Source: Lama glama
Lineage: Eukaryota
Direction of reading: 5' to 3'
Length of the DNA: 64,000 nt
NCBI GenBank assembly: GCA_028534125.1
Contig: CM052837.1
Span: 37,262,001-37,326,000 of the forward strand
The notes below the pieces were generated by a model. The model saw only the letters and a list, made by a program, of their open reading frames with translations. It did not search any database and had not been told where the DNA came from. A program made the translations under genes and the position numbers. This document shows positions 20,061 to 32,901 of the stretch, piece after piece (position 1 is the stretch's first letter; the number at the start of each line of letters is the position of its first letter).

Positions 20061-22009
20061 GGGCGGAGATGGAGAGAGGCACCGGAGAGACACACAGCCA
20101 GAGGCAGAGGACAGATAAAGCGGAGACTGAGGCACCAGGCTCAGGCGCGTGGAGACAGGAGCAGTGGGCCCCACACAAGACAGAAAGACATTTTAATCAT
20201 AAAAGGAGGCCCAAGGATGAGGCTGGTCCAGGGAGGGGGCAGGTGGGGCAGGGGAAGAACCGGTCAGGTCTGGGAGGGGGTTGCTGAGGTCGGGGGTCTG
20301 GACAGCTGTCCTGCCTGCGTCTCCCAGGGCCAGGGCTGGCCCTGCATGTCCTTGGTGCCTAATTTTCAAATGGAGCTGTGTTCTGAGACTTCTCCCGGAG
20401 GTGGCCTGGGGGTTCAGGCCATCCTGGTGAGACCCCAGAATCAGCTTGTTTCCAGCACCCCTGCCTCAACGTACCTGCCGCACGGGCTCACCTCAACAGG
20501 CCCTCAAAGCCAGGTTCTCCCTATCTGCCCCATGATTTGGCCCTGAACAGGGACCTCCAGGGTCCCCTCAGCTGGCCACGTGGCCTGAGGCGCCATCAGC
20601 AGGCCCAGTCAGACCACCTCCCTCAGAGGCCCCTGGAAAGAACTGTTTTCCACCCGGGGCCCCCCTGAGTGCAGGGAATACTTTAAGTCCACCCCGAGGG
20701 CCCACCGAAGTCTTCAAGGGCTGCGCTAGTCTGCACGCATAGGCGAGGGTTCCCAGGGAAGCAGAGTTTGCCAGTGAAACAATCAGTTCCCAGATAGAGT
20801 TCCAGGCTGTGGCCCCTCGGCCTCCCTCACTCCTGGCCCTGGTGGGGTCACAGTGCCGAACCACAGCCAGTCTGTCAGAAGTGCGATGGTCACTGAGGAT
20901 CCTGGTCATACCAGCGTAGTGGCCAAAACAGACCTTGAGGAGGAGAATGGGGTAGCGAAGACCAAGGTTGTGGGCCTCTACCAGGGACCTCTGATCTTGT
21001 CAGTTCACCCATGACTGCATCTCCCCGTGGCCACCCCTCCTGTCTGCCTCAGATGCGGAGGACGCTTGCATCTTTTCCAGCTTTGTAACCACAGGGTCCA
21101 GGAGAGGGTTAGGCAGGGTTTAAAAAAATGTGTGTTGAGTGGGTGAGAGCGGAGGCCTTGTGCCTAGCACCTTCTGATGGGCAGTGCCCATGGAGAGCCC
21201 CAGAGATGGGACCTCCACCAGGTCAGCAGGTAAAGACGGGCCCGGGGCAGTGGCTGGGGCCGAGCAGGTCTCCCCAGCCCATGGGGAGGGTCTCTCAGGG
21301 AGGGGAGGGGCCCTCCTTCCGGACTGTCCCAGAGTCTGCCTCACAGAACAGGCAGGGAGCAGCTTGCAAGGACCCAGCCCTTCCAAGTGCTGCTGATACC
21401 ACCAAACGGGAGCCAGGGATTAAAAATAAACGCCTGCAGAGAAGGCGTGACCCGCCCCACCCTGCCCAGCTGGCCTCTATATTTACCACGTCCCCTCTTG
21501 CTGAAGGTTAGGCAGGATTTGGGAGTTGCTGTGACTGGCTGAGGCTGGGATGGGACAGACCAAGAGGGCAGGAGGCCTGGGTCCCTGTGGATGCCACCCC
21601 AACTCCCCCCAAGGGACCACCAGCTGCCTGCAGCCTCAGAGGGTGTCTATCAGACACCCCCTACACAGGTCTGAGCCTCGCCTCTCCACCCCCTCACCCA
21701 CAGCTGGCAGTTGGCAGGAATCAAACCGCAGTGGGGTGCCCGTGCCAGGGGCTAGTCTGTGCTGGGAGGCCCGGCTGCCCAGAGCAGTGGCCACTGCTGG
21801 TGGAATGCAGTGTACTCCCTCGCTGGCCCTGGCAAGGGGTCTCCAGTGGTTTCTCCAAAGGGCCTCTGTGTCCCCAGGACGTGCCCATCAGCTGGACTGC
21901 CTCCGGGGCCCCGGGAGTCCAGGCCGCTGGGCCATCTGGAGACACTTGGGCTCATGCAGGCAGTGAGACTAAGGAAGGTATGATGCTAAATACTGACACA
22001 CCAGCAGTG

Positions 22010-22260
22010 CTCACCTACTAACCGAGGCATGGCACAAGTAACTGGTCAGCAGCTCCTAACCACTGCGTCATATAAATAACTAGCAGGCAGCTGCCACCAC
22101 TGCGTGGTGCAAATAACTGCTAAACAGCTACTAACTACGAAGTAGCACTTGATGTCTACTAGCGACTGATTCGTACTTAGTAACTAGTGAATAGTACTAA
22201 CTTACTGCTAGTCACTAACTAGTACTGAATAACTACTAACTACTAAGCAATACCGCTTAC
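22010..22260. repeat. AT-rich low-complexity tract enriched in TACTAAC/ACTAG
   Basis: TACTAAC at 22016, 22129, 22195 and 22234; CACTAAC at 22213; TACTAAG at 22241. Confidence 0.8.
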
Positions 22261-24289
22261 TGCGTCAGGTACTGAATTGCCACGGTCACCAAGCCTTGCA
22301 AGTTCGCCGAGTGCCGGGGGGTCCCCCAGGCAGCCTGAGGACCCGTGGGCCAAGAGCCAGCTGGACACAGAGAGGCAAAGCACAGCGCCCAAGGCCACAG
22401 AGCAAGGAGGCCGGGCTTGCAGCTGGCTCGGAGGGCCTGAGCCAGGCCCCTGTTACTTCCAAACGAGCCCTCCAGGGACCCACCCGGGCTCTGCCCCTCC
22501 CCAAGGTCAGGCTCCGCCACCCCAGCCACAGCGGCTTTCTCCCACGTCTGAGCCAATGGTCACAGCGGCCCCAAGCAGCCCAGGGCACGGGCGGTGGAAT
22601 GGGGGGGGGGGTCCAGCCAACCAGGCTAGGGCAGCCTCCCAGCACGAAGGGTGCAGGCCCCGCCCCACCTCCTTGGCCCCGCCCCGGTAGCTCCCAGGCC
22701 CAGCCGCGAGCGGTTAGGGGCAACACAGGCAGCCCCCTCTTGGCTGGACTGCGGGGGTTTCACGAGCCTGGGGAAAGAAGATCCAGCTAAAATTAACCGT
22801 TATCAAGCTGTCAGCCCTGGAAATAAACCCGCCTTCCATTGGCTACGAGTGATGTCACCGCGGACCAGGTTAATAATAACCTGCCAATGCAGAGCTTTCT
22901 ACCTGTGCCGCCTTCCTGGGGGCCGTGGCCAGCAGGTGGGGCTTGGGGGCGGGGTGTCTCAGAATGACCTCACCTCTGGCCTTGGGCCGCGGGCTGCCCT
23001 CTGACCCCTAAGCATCAGGTGCACATCCTCACATGTGGGTCAGTCTCCCAGCCTGCCTGGGCAGCAGGATCTCAGATGGCCTCAGAGGCACGTTCCCTGC
23101 CCCCAGCTCTCCAGCCCAGGGGTCTGAGCTGCCCTTGAGGCAGAAAATTAAGTGGTCTCCATGGCAAAGAAGAGCTCTTGGCTATAGAGCTGCCCTCAGA
23201 AAAGCGAGGTCACGACCCCTAATCAGAGAAGGGGGGCTGGGCTGGGTGGGGCGGGGCCATGTGCACACTAGCTGGACCCAAGGCCAGTCAAGGCTGCACA
23301 GCCTGCCGGCGCTGTGCTCAGTCCCTGGACCAAATGAAATGGGGAGTTGGGGTGACTTACTGGACAATCCAGGCTCCCAAATACTCCACCCTCCCAGACA
23401 CAGTGTCTGGGAGGGTATGAGGCCGACCTGAGTCACCTAGGGAAGGAGGCCTGGAGAGGGGCTCACAGCTCCTCAGAGAGGGGGAGGGGCTGCCTGGCCT
23501 GCCCCACCCCCAGCCGCGCTGGGGCCACCTGTACCTGCAGTGCTGAAGGAGTAGGTGGCCCCTGCGGGCTCCTCCCCAGGCCCTCACCCCACAGGAGCCC
23601 TCAGATGTCTGAGTGCAGCCCTGCTCACAACCACAGGCCGCCACCGGCTTCTAGGGAGCAGAGAGGGGGTCTGGTGGGCCGGCGCCCAGGGCCAGGGGCT
23701 CCAGCCTGGAGCTAAGAGGAAGGAGCGGCCAGGCTCCCCATTTGGTCCATTGCAGGCTGGGAGGCCAACCAGAGGTGGGGGTGGGGGTGGGGATCAGCCT
23801 CAGGGGCCAAGAAGGGACAGGCGAGCTCCTCCTGCGGCTGGATCCAGATGCCCTGGCACTGGCACCGCCCTGGAGCCCTGGAGTGGGGGAGGCGAGGCCT
23901 CAGCACTCAGCCAGCCTCCCCACCCCCAAGTTCAAGGGGTGCATCTCCAGGCAGGAGTTGCCCAGGGGAACGTGAAGCTCGTTAGCATCTCCCAGCCCGT
24001 GTTTTCTCCTCTCTGAACGGAGCTCCCCTCAACTGGGCATTTGGGAATAACCCGGCCTGGGGAGCCCCACAGACGCTGGGGCCTCTTGGGATGGGCTGAT
24101 GCCAGAGATGGCGGGCGGGGCAAAGGATGGGAGGGAGACTGAGGGGGACAGTGCCCCAGCTTGTCCCTGAACAGACCTAGAGACCTACAAATGTGCCCCG
24201 CCCCCAAGTCGGGAAACAGCCCCGCCCTCCCGCCCTTGAGAGCACCGCTACCTTGGCTCCTGCCGCGCAGACAGCGCCGCCTGCTTGAG

Positions 24290-26790
24290 CGCTGCGGGGA
24301 TAGTGTGCATGGTGTGTATCCTCTGGGCGGTTTCCCTCACCTGCCATCATGCTGACGGCTGTGCCCAGGCTGCTGCGCTGGGGAGCTGTTAGTTTATTTT
24401 TGCTGCTGGGTGTCATTCCACTTCCAGCTTGGGGCTACAGCCAATAAAGCTGCTCGGAACCTCCCTGCGTCCCACCTGTGTGCGTATTTCCATTTGCCGC
24501 ACACACAGCTGTATGTACATCACGCCAGTCTGCCATTCACTGCCTCTTGGCTGTAAGATCCCCCTGTGATACCTGGTCAGTGACACCGAACAAAGTCATG
24601 GTGGGCATTCCTCCTTTACAGCGAGCAGGTCTGTTTTCGCAGAGCAGGCAATGACAGGTGAATTTGCAGCCAAGAGGAAACGGATAGCTGGTGTTCTTCC
24701 TCGACAAAGAGGAAATTGTCCTATTGTTTTGCATGTCTGACGATTTGGGGCTGCATACTGAGCATCCTGTGAAGACCCCGGTCCCGACTCCTCCGGACTC
24801 CTTGGGAGACCGCTGCTTCGCGTCCCAGCGGCTGTTTGTGCTCATGCGCTGCTGCTGACCTGGGAACCTCGAAGTGCCTCCCAGGCCCTCGACTCGGTGA
24901 CACTCAGACTCCAGTCTCTGCCCCCGCAAAGCTCTCTGCGGGACTCAGCTGTAACTTTCTTCGGTCGGGCCCGGGGTAGGCGTTGCTCTGGGTTGTAGCC
25001 TTTGCTCCTAAGAAGTAAGCAAGCAGGTCTCTCCCCTCTGGCTGGGCCCGAGCGTGCGGGCTGCCGCGTACGCGTCGTCGTTCGGTTGTACCACCGTCTC
25101 GTCACCACTTTCCAGTTGATGGGCATTCGAGTCGTTTCTGCTTTTTAGCTAGGAGGGACGGTGCTGCCACGCCAGTCCTGTCCGAGCTTTCTCGCTGGGT
25201 ATCTGTTCGTCTTTCCCGGGTGGACATCTAGGAACAAAACTCCTGGGTCTTTTGGTGCCTGTGACCTTTCAAGAAACTGCCAGACGGCTTCCCACAGCGG
25301 CTGCACCTTTTCACGTCCCCGGCGGCCGGGCGGGAGGGCTCCAGCACCTCCACAGCCTCACCGGCACTCGCGACTGGTCTGTGCTTTTGATCAGAGTTCG
25401 TCTGTGAGTGTGAAGTGGCGTCTCGCTGTGGTTTGATCTGCATTTCCCTGAAGACTGACGATGCTGAGCGTCGTTCCGCACGTGTGGCCATCTGTGTACC
25501 TCCTCTGGAGAAGCGTCCGTTCGGACCCTTAGCCCGATTCTAAGTGGCTTGCTTATTCTCTCAGCACTGAGCTTTGAGGGCTCTTTGTGTCTTCCGGATA
25601 CAAGTCCTTTGCAAGTATTTTCTCCCCGTCTGTGGCTTGTCTTTTTATTTACTTAACAGCCATTCATAGTACCAAAGCTTTCAATTTTGATGAAGTCCGA
25701 TGCACCCACCTTTTTTCTTGCGTGGGATGATCCACTGACACTGGCAAACCCCCAGGTTTAGGACCTACGGCTTCAAAAATTTCGCTGAGATTTTTATCAA
25801 AACTGTATGAAATCTGGACGTCAGTTTGGAGGGAACGGGTGTCTGTTCTGCTGTGTTTCCACTCACTTAGGCCTTCTTTGATTTCTTTCATTAGCAGTTA
25901 GTTCTCGGCGTGCGGACCCTAGACATGTTTTGTTAGGTTTATACTTAAGTGTTTCATAGCAGAGGGTAGCCATTATAAACGGTATTTTTAAAATTTCTGC
26001 TTCTCACTGTAAATCACTAGTGTGTAAGGACACGGTTGGTTTTTGTGTGCTGACTTTGTATCTTGCTAATCTCATTTGCTCAGTTAGTCTTTTTGTGGGT
26101 TCCTTGATGACGGGCCACCATGTTGTCTGTGAAGAGGCACAGTTTCGTTCCTCACTTTTGATCTATGTGCCCCCTGTGTCTTTCTCTTGCCCCACCGTAC
26201 TGCCTAAGGCTTCCGGGGGGTGCTGGGTAAGCCTAGCGAGAGAGCCCCGCCCCGGGGAGGGAGCCTGTCTTTCTCCTTCAAGCACACGTGGCCTTGCTCA
26301 CTGGGAGCTGGCTGGTGTGAGCTCTCCACTGACGCTCTTTACAAGATCGAGGACGCCCTTTTCCCTTCCTGGCTTGCTGAGTTTTCATCGTGAGTGGGCC
26401 TACCAAAGCTCATTGCCCATCATTTGACAGGCGTGCTCACGGCTGCCAGCTGGTGCATTTCCACAAGCACTGCTTTAAAGCCTCCGTCGGGTCCCCGCAG
26501 CGTCAGGGTTCGTCCCTCCAGTGCCACTTCCTGGGGTTTTCCTGGTGCTTTTATGCCGAGCGATTTAGCTCTTATCCCGAAGTTCAGTGTTTCTGAAGAG
26601 TGAACACTTTGTGGTTTGCTGTACACCTTGAGCTGAATTCCAGGGCACTGAGATGCTCGTTTCTGACGGTTTCTCCAAGGCTCCTATTTGCTTTTCGGAG
26701 AGGGAGTTTTTTGACCTCCTCACTCCTTCGTGCTGGGAATCTGTAGTATCCCTTACTACACGACTCACCTTTTCCTGCTCAGGGCTGATC
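24290..26790 (-). mobile_element. Ancient, fragmented L1M (L1MC/ME-like) LINE-1 remnants
   Basis: Antisense L1 hallmarks: gtggcgtctcgctgtggtttgatctgcatttccctga, ccatctgtgtacctcctctggagaag, ggatacaagtcctttg, ttttgtgtgctgactttgtatcttgc. No ORF. Confidence 0.75.
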
Positions 26791-29700
26791 TCCCTTAGCC
26801 ACTGGGGACGCAGTGGGTCCAAGCCTGGCTCTCACAGATTTGACTAAACCAGCAGGAAAACCGTGAGGTCACCGCTGGTGGGAACAGCGCTGCAGCTGGT
26901 GACCACACCTGACCTCCACGGAGCACCTGCTTTGAGCTGGGCCCTGGTCTACGCATCCACACCAAGCCCCACGAGTCACGCGCGTCCTGTCTCACAGACG
27001 AGGAAACTGTGGAGTGGCGGGGCCAGCTGCGGCTCCCCGAGGAACCTTCTGGCCGCACAAAGCGACCCCCGCGATGAGCTCTCATCAAGTACTAGTCAGT
27101 AGCTTCATTTCTTCTGAGAACAGTGACATCACCGACAGAGGCTCAGCTCCTGCTCGAGGGCCCAGCCGCGGCTGTCACCCAGGGAGGCATCTTCTGACCC
27201 GAAGGTAGGGCGGGGCTGGGTGCCATCCTGATGGGAAACATCTCTGGCCCTCCCAAGGGTTTTCCTGTCCCCACTTCCCAGGTGGCTGGAGGCTCAGGTG
27301 CTACGTCCTGACCCCGGGCCCAGCCCTGCCCACCTTGAACCCCAGACAAGCCTCCAAGCACGCGGGCCACCATCCCTTCGGGGCCGGTGGAAGGCAAGGG
27401 CTGACCTCTCTCCCCTGAGCTCAGCCCGTGCCAGACCTTGTCGTTACCGCCCACTCTGAAGTAGCCCCCCTGAGGCGGGGCAGCCAGCGTGGGCAGGCGG
27501 GTTCCAGCCCAGGCCTCAGGGCTCCAGAGCCCGTCTTCCCCCAGGGCTAGAGCCATTCCTAGGAGAGCCAGCAAGACAGCGTCCCCGAGGTCAACTCAGC
27601 AACTCTGAGGACGCCAGACGGGTGTGTGGCCACCTTGGGGTCATCCCAGATGGTCCACACACAGGCTGGGGATGGACAAAGGGAACCTGAGACCCCGAAA
27701 CCCCACCCCTTTCCCCACTCTCACCAGGACGTGCCCCCATCCCTCTCAAGACCGCTGACCCAGCTCTGGGGAGGGACTGGCAGAGCCCCCACCTTCCTAG
27801 CTTAGTACACGCAGCTTTTACATGTTCACTTAAAAAACCCTCTCTTCAGGTTGCCTGTTATTGAAGTCACCATCGGTGAGGCTGAGAGTGGGGGGGACTG
27901 GGGCAGGCTGGCCAAGCAGGCAGCTGGAAGGTGGCCTGGGAAGGTGGGAGACACACTCATCAGTGCGCCTTCAGGGAAGGTGTCCAGCCGGGAATGGTCT
28001 GCAGACGGCCCCACTGCCGGCTCCTTTAGGGCAGGCCTTGGCCACAGAGCCACCGTGCCCAGGGCTGCTTCCCCAGGGGGCCACATGGGGCCTCACGCAG
28101 GTCACCCCCGACGGCGGGCCAGCACCCAAGCTGACATGTCCCCCGACTGAGCCCTTTCCCAGGTGTGGGTCACCAACACACATCCTGCATCCCAGCCTCT
28201 GTCCCAGCCTCTGCTCCCAAGACCTCAGCTTGTGACACTTGTGCAAGCAGGAGTCCCAGACGGGAAGTGGCCACGGGGGGTCACAGCCGAGTGCCCTGCC
28301 CGCCCAGGCTCCCTGACCGGGCCTGCCACAGGGTGACCCCGGCCTTGCCCTCAGCCCCGAGCACAGGCTCACTGGCTCTGCCCAGTGCTCAGACCCAGCA
28401 CATGTCCGCGCCCAGCGCGGGGTGTCACGTGGCCTCAACAGGCTGGGGGAGCCCTGCCGGCTGGAGCCAGGGGAACTGGAGTGGAGAGAACAGAACTGAA
28501 TTGAGGCGTGCCATGCTCTGAGCATGGAAGAGGCAGCAACTGTCCCCAGGAAGTGTCAGCTCCCGGGGAGGAGAGGACAGCCTGAGAACTCCTTCAGGTC
28601 TCTCTCACGAGGGTCCGAAGCTTCCAGTCCACCCAGGAGGTGAGCTCTGCCCAGGGCAGGGGCAGCAGGTGGAGAGGGCTCCATGGTTTCCTGAAGAACG
28701 GAGGAGGGGTGTCAGGATCCCAGCCACCCAGCACTTCCCTTCTCCCCAGCTGACCAGGCCTGAGCCAGGCCCAGGGAAGTGCCAGGAGGCAAGGCCTGGG
28801 TCCCACGAGGAGCAGGCGCTGGCTGTGGCTGCGTCAGTGTTGTCCCAGGGGCCCAGCACTGTTCATGAGCCCTGTGGGAGGAGAGGCTGCCGAGGCCCCA
28901 GGGGCAGGACCACCAGGCTGTGAGGCCCGCATGAGTGACTAGGGTGTCACAAGCTCACCCACCCCTGGGGAGCCACTGAGACATCTCCTCTGCTCCCTGC
29001 CAGCAGAGAGCGCCTGACTTCAACCTCCCCACACCCACAGCCCAGTGCACCAGGGCTCTCTCCAGTCCCAAGCCCCTCCCAGCAGAAGCCCTGGTGGCCC
29101 TCCTGCCCTGGTCAGGGGGTGCTAAGCTGACCCTGTTCTCCAGGGCAGACCCATGTCCCTGCTCTCTGTTCAGACCCTGCCATAGGATAAGTCTGCCCCA
29201 GGGGTCCCACCCCATCTGGGATCTCACCTCCCATATTGCTGCTCCCCACTCCCCCCAGGGTACACTGCATCCGTCCCGCGGGCCCTCAGGAATGGCACCC
29301 GCCCTCATTTCCTGAGCTGTGCCCCATCCTGAGCAACCACGAGGCCAAGGATTCTGAGCAGACACCTCACCAAACCTTGCTTCCTGACAATATGAGCTGT
29401 CCATGGTCCTGGGCAGGCGCCTCACGCCGGCCTCTCCAGCTCCAGGCCCCGGAACCCCAGTCCTGTTGGAGGCACCAGCAAGGGGCATACCACAAGATGC
29501 CCACACACCTGGCCGCCAGCCACGGGGACACGGGAGTCCAGGGAAGGGGTAGAGCCCTGTGGCTAAGGGTTCTTCAGAGCGAGACAAGACTAGAACATTC
29601 TTGCCAGAATGTCCCATCCTCCTGCTGTCAATTGCACTGACCAGTCTGCCTTATCAATGACCCCTCAGGGCCCCAGTGAGGAGGCCTGACTACCTGCCTG

Positions 29701-32059
29701 TCCAGCACACCTGCCGCCCTGCCCTTGCCCAGCTCTGAGCACTGGGTCTCAGAGTGTCTGTGCTGGCCCTGTCCCAGCGCCTCCTTGCTTGGCCCTCAGC
29801 TTAAGCCTGACACCCCGCCTCCTGTCCCTGCTCACCAAGGAGGGGCCCTGCCCTCTGGTCTGGCCCCTCTGCCAGAAGGAGCCCCCATCTGACTCCCCAA
29901 GCCACCCCCATGCCTGGCTGAGCTACACATACACAGAAGGTGCCTTGCCAACCCGAGGGCTGAGTGAACAGTGTGGTGCACGGTCCACGCAGGCCCAGTT
30001 TCACCCAGAGGCCCCCTTCAGTGCCCCTGCCTGGCTCTCCTGTCCTCACCACGAACTCACAAAGGCAGGTGCCGTTGGCCTCAGTGTCCTCAGCCTGGGG
30101 CGCACAACTGGTACCCAACCACCCCAATCACCTTCGTGAACCACAAAACACGGAACCCAATCATGCTGCAAGCCCACTGGGGGCTGCCCCTCTCTGGGGG
30201 AGGGGTCTGATGCCCAGCATCTTGGGGGGGGGCATGAGGGGAAGATACTCGGGTACCAGGCAATTTGTCAGCTGAGGGGAGGGTGCCCTGTTGCCCATCC
30301 CAGGCAAGCATGTGGTCAGGGGCCGGCTGAGAGCTAAGACCAGAGGGGAGAGGCCACTCCACACAGCGGGCAGCTCTATGAGGCCCCGAGTAGAGTTGAC
30401 GGCTGGAGCTAGCGTGAACCCAAATGGCCAATAACCCAGCCACATGGCCCTGGTGCATCTCATCCACTACCAAGCTCAGGGTTTGGTGAGTGTACGGGGG
30501 CAGGGGAGGGCAAATGGCAAGTGGTAAGAATTAAACTTGATTTTAAATTTAAGTAAAGTCATGATCCAGAACTAATGCCCTGGAGGGGCAGGAAGCCGGC
30601 CAGGGCACGGCTGTGGGTGACTCTGGGAAGCGAAGGTCTCTGGCTGTGAAGTGGGGTTGAGGTGGGAGCAGTGGGGGGCCATGTGCCTCTCCTCTGAGGT
30701 CTGGCCTCACTTGAATGGGCCACATCTCTCGCCGTGAGCACAGTTATCTTGGAGGCCCACGAAAGGCCCAGCTGGACAGGTGGCAGGGAGAGCCCCTGGA
30801 ACTGTCCTTTTCCCTGTGACCAGCCAGGGTCCAGTCCGTGGGGACGCCAGGAAGAGATGGAGGACCAAAACTCACCTAGGCCAGGTAGCTCTCCTCTGAG
30901 GGTCCTCCCAGCCCCGCTGCTGCCCAAGGCAGGTCACAGTTAGAAGTCAGCAGCCTTGACCCACCACCCAGACCAATAAAGGGCCACATCCAGGGGCACC
31001 CAGATCCCTCCCCTCCTGGGGCCTTGGTTTTTTCGTCTGCTGAGTGAAAAGTCGGACTGAGGTGTGAAGTTATATAGAGACCAGCCAAGAGGATTATGGG
31101 CTCTTCCTGGTGGCCCCCCTGAAGCCCCCACAGATCTCCCGAGACCTTCCCGACCACCAGGGCCGAGACTGCCCAGCCAGGGCCTAGCGACAAAGAGCCA
31201 GGGAGAGTGCAGGGAGACTTCCCCCCCTGCAGAGGGAGGCTGGGGCCTGGAGGAGGTTGTGCGGTGGAGGGGGTAAGCTGGTTTCCACACTGAAAAGGAA
31301 ATCCTCCTCCTGACTGAAGAGGCAGGGTGTGGCAGGGCCCAAGCACAACAGGGAACATTCTGGGGTTGCCCAAACCAGAGGGCCTTACCTCCAGCTACTG
31401 GAGGCTTCTCCAGACAGCAGCTCTTTACCTCATCCACTGAAATAAGCCCCACTTTGCCTGCCCTGATTTCCACTCTCCCTCCCTCCCCCACGCCCCACGA
31501 GCAGCTGGATGCAGGCTGGAGCTGAGAACTGGGAGTGGGTTCCAGAACCCCCAGGGCTGTGAGGGGTCATGGGTGGTGGGTTCCGCAGCTTCCCACCCGC
31601 GGTGAAGTCCCTGAAGGGCTGGAAAGCTCAAGGCATGCAGCCTGTTCTGGGTACCACCGTGTGCCCGCGGGGGCTCACGTCTGGTTGGAGGGCTGAGCAT
31701 GCAGAAGCAAAAACCCCCAACCTGTCTTGGGTGAGAAGGGGCGGGCCCCATCCTCAGCGGAGAAGGCCAGAGCAGAGGGGCACTGCGGGGCCTCGGCCTG
31801 AAGGGCTCAGCCCAGGGCTGTGACAGCAGCAGAAAGGGACCAGAAACGCAGGGGCCATCGTCCAGCTGCTCGCCGCCCCCACAGAGCTGGAAAGGTGGGG
31901 GCAGGCTAGACCAGCTGGGGGCCAGGGCCCAAAGCAATGGCCAGAGCCCGGGAAGGGGGGTCCAGGAGGTGGGAGGGAGACAGGCTGTGCTCTAGGACTG
32001 GGGCGAGGGTCATTGAACTACTCCAACTCCAGGCCACGCCAGGGGGCGCTGCCTCGGAA

Positions 32060-32900
32060 GCCCAGGTCTGACCGACGCCGCAGGACTGAACTTCCGCCGG
32101 CGCAGGCCGGCGAGAGCCAGGCCAAGGGGGCGGGGCAGGGAGGTGCTTGGGGCGGGGCCGAGCCGAGGCCTCGCAGGGGTCCTGGGCGGGGCCTGGATCG
32201 AGGCGGGGCCTGGGGGCCAGCTCGTCCCGCCCCCCGTGACGAGACTGCGGCGCCGCCGTATAAGGAGACGCGTCCGCGCGTGCGCGCCCCGCGCGTCTGG
32301 GTCGTGGAGCTGTAGCTCGCGGTCGCTTCTGTAGATGGGCTCCGTGGCCTAGCGTCCCCGTCCCCGCCACCTGTGATCGTGCGCCGAGGCCCACGAGGGG
32401 TCGCCGCCGAGGTGAGGAGCTGGGGCGGCGCGAGGGTGGGGTCGAGCGGCCCTCATGGGCGGCGCGGGCCGGCCCGTGCGCGACGGTGGCGGGGCGGGTC
32501 GCACGGCGGCCGAGAGGACGGAAGGGCGGGCGGGGTCGGGGCCGCGGGCGGGCAGGGGCGGCGGGCCGGGCCCGGGACGCGGAGCTAGGGGCGCGCTGGC
32601 CGCTTCCACGAGCCCCAGGCCTGCGGCCCCGCGCACAAAGCGCCTTTGTTACCCCGCGCGGCCGGTTCGGGCTGGTTGGAACCGCCCGCGCGGAGAGGGC
32701 GGGCCGGGAGTTCCCGAGCCCCGCCTCGGTTGGGTAAACAAACCCAGCCTTTGTGCCCCGCCCCGGAGCCCGCGGGGCTGAGCCTGGCGTCCCGACCGGG
32801 CGGCTCAGCTCGGGTGGGGAGCGTCCCTCTCGACGGGCAGCGGTGACCAAAGGGGTTCCCCGACGGCGCCTTTGCAGGTTTCCACCAGCCCAAGCAAGAT
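32060..32900 (+). promoter_or_regulatory. PPDPF: PPDPF CpG-island promoter, TATA box (32259-32264) and non-coding exon 1 (~32290-32411)
   Basis: Several GGGGCGGGG boxes, then TATAAG; donor GAG|GTGAGG at 32412; acceptor TTTGCAG before 32878. Confidence 0.75.
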
Positions 32901-32901
32901 C

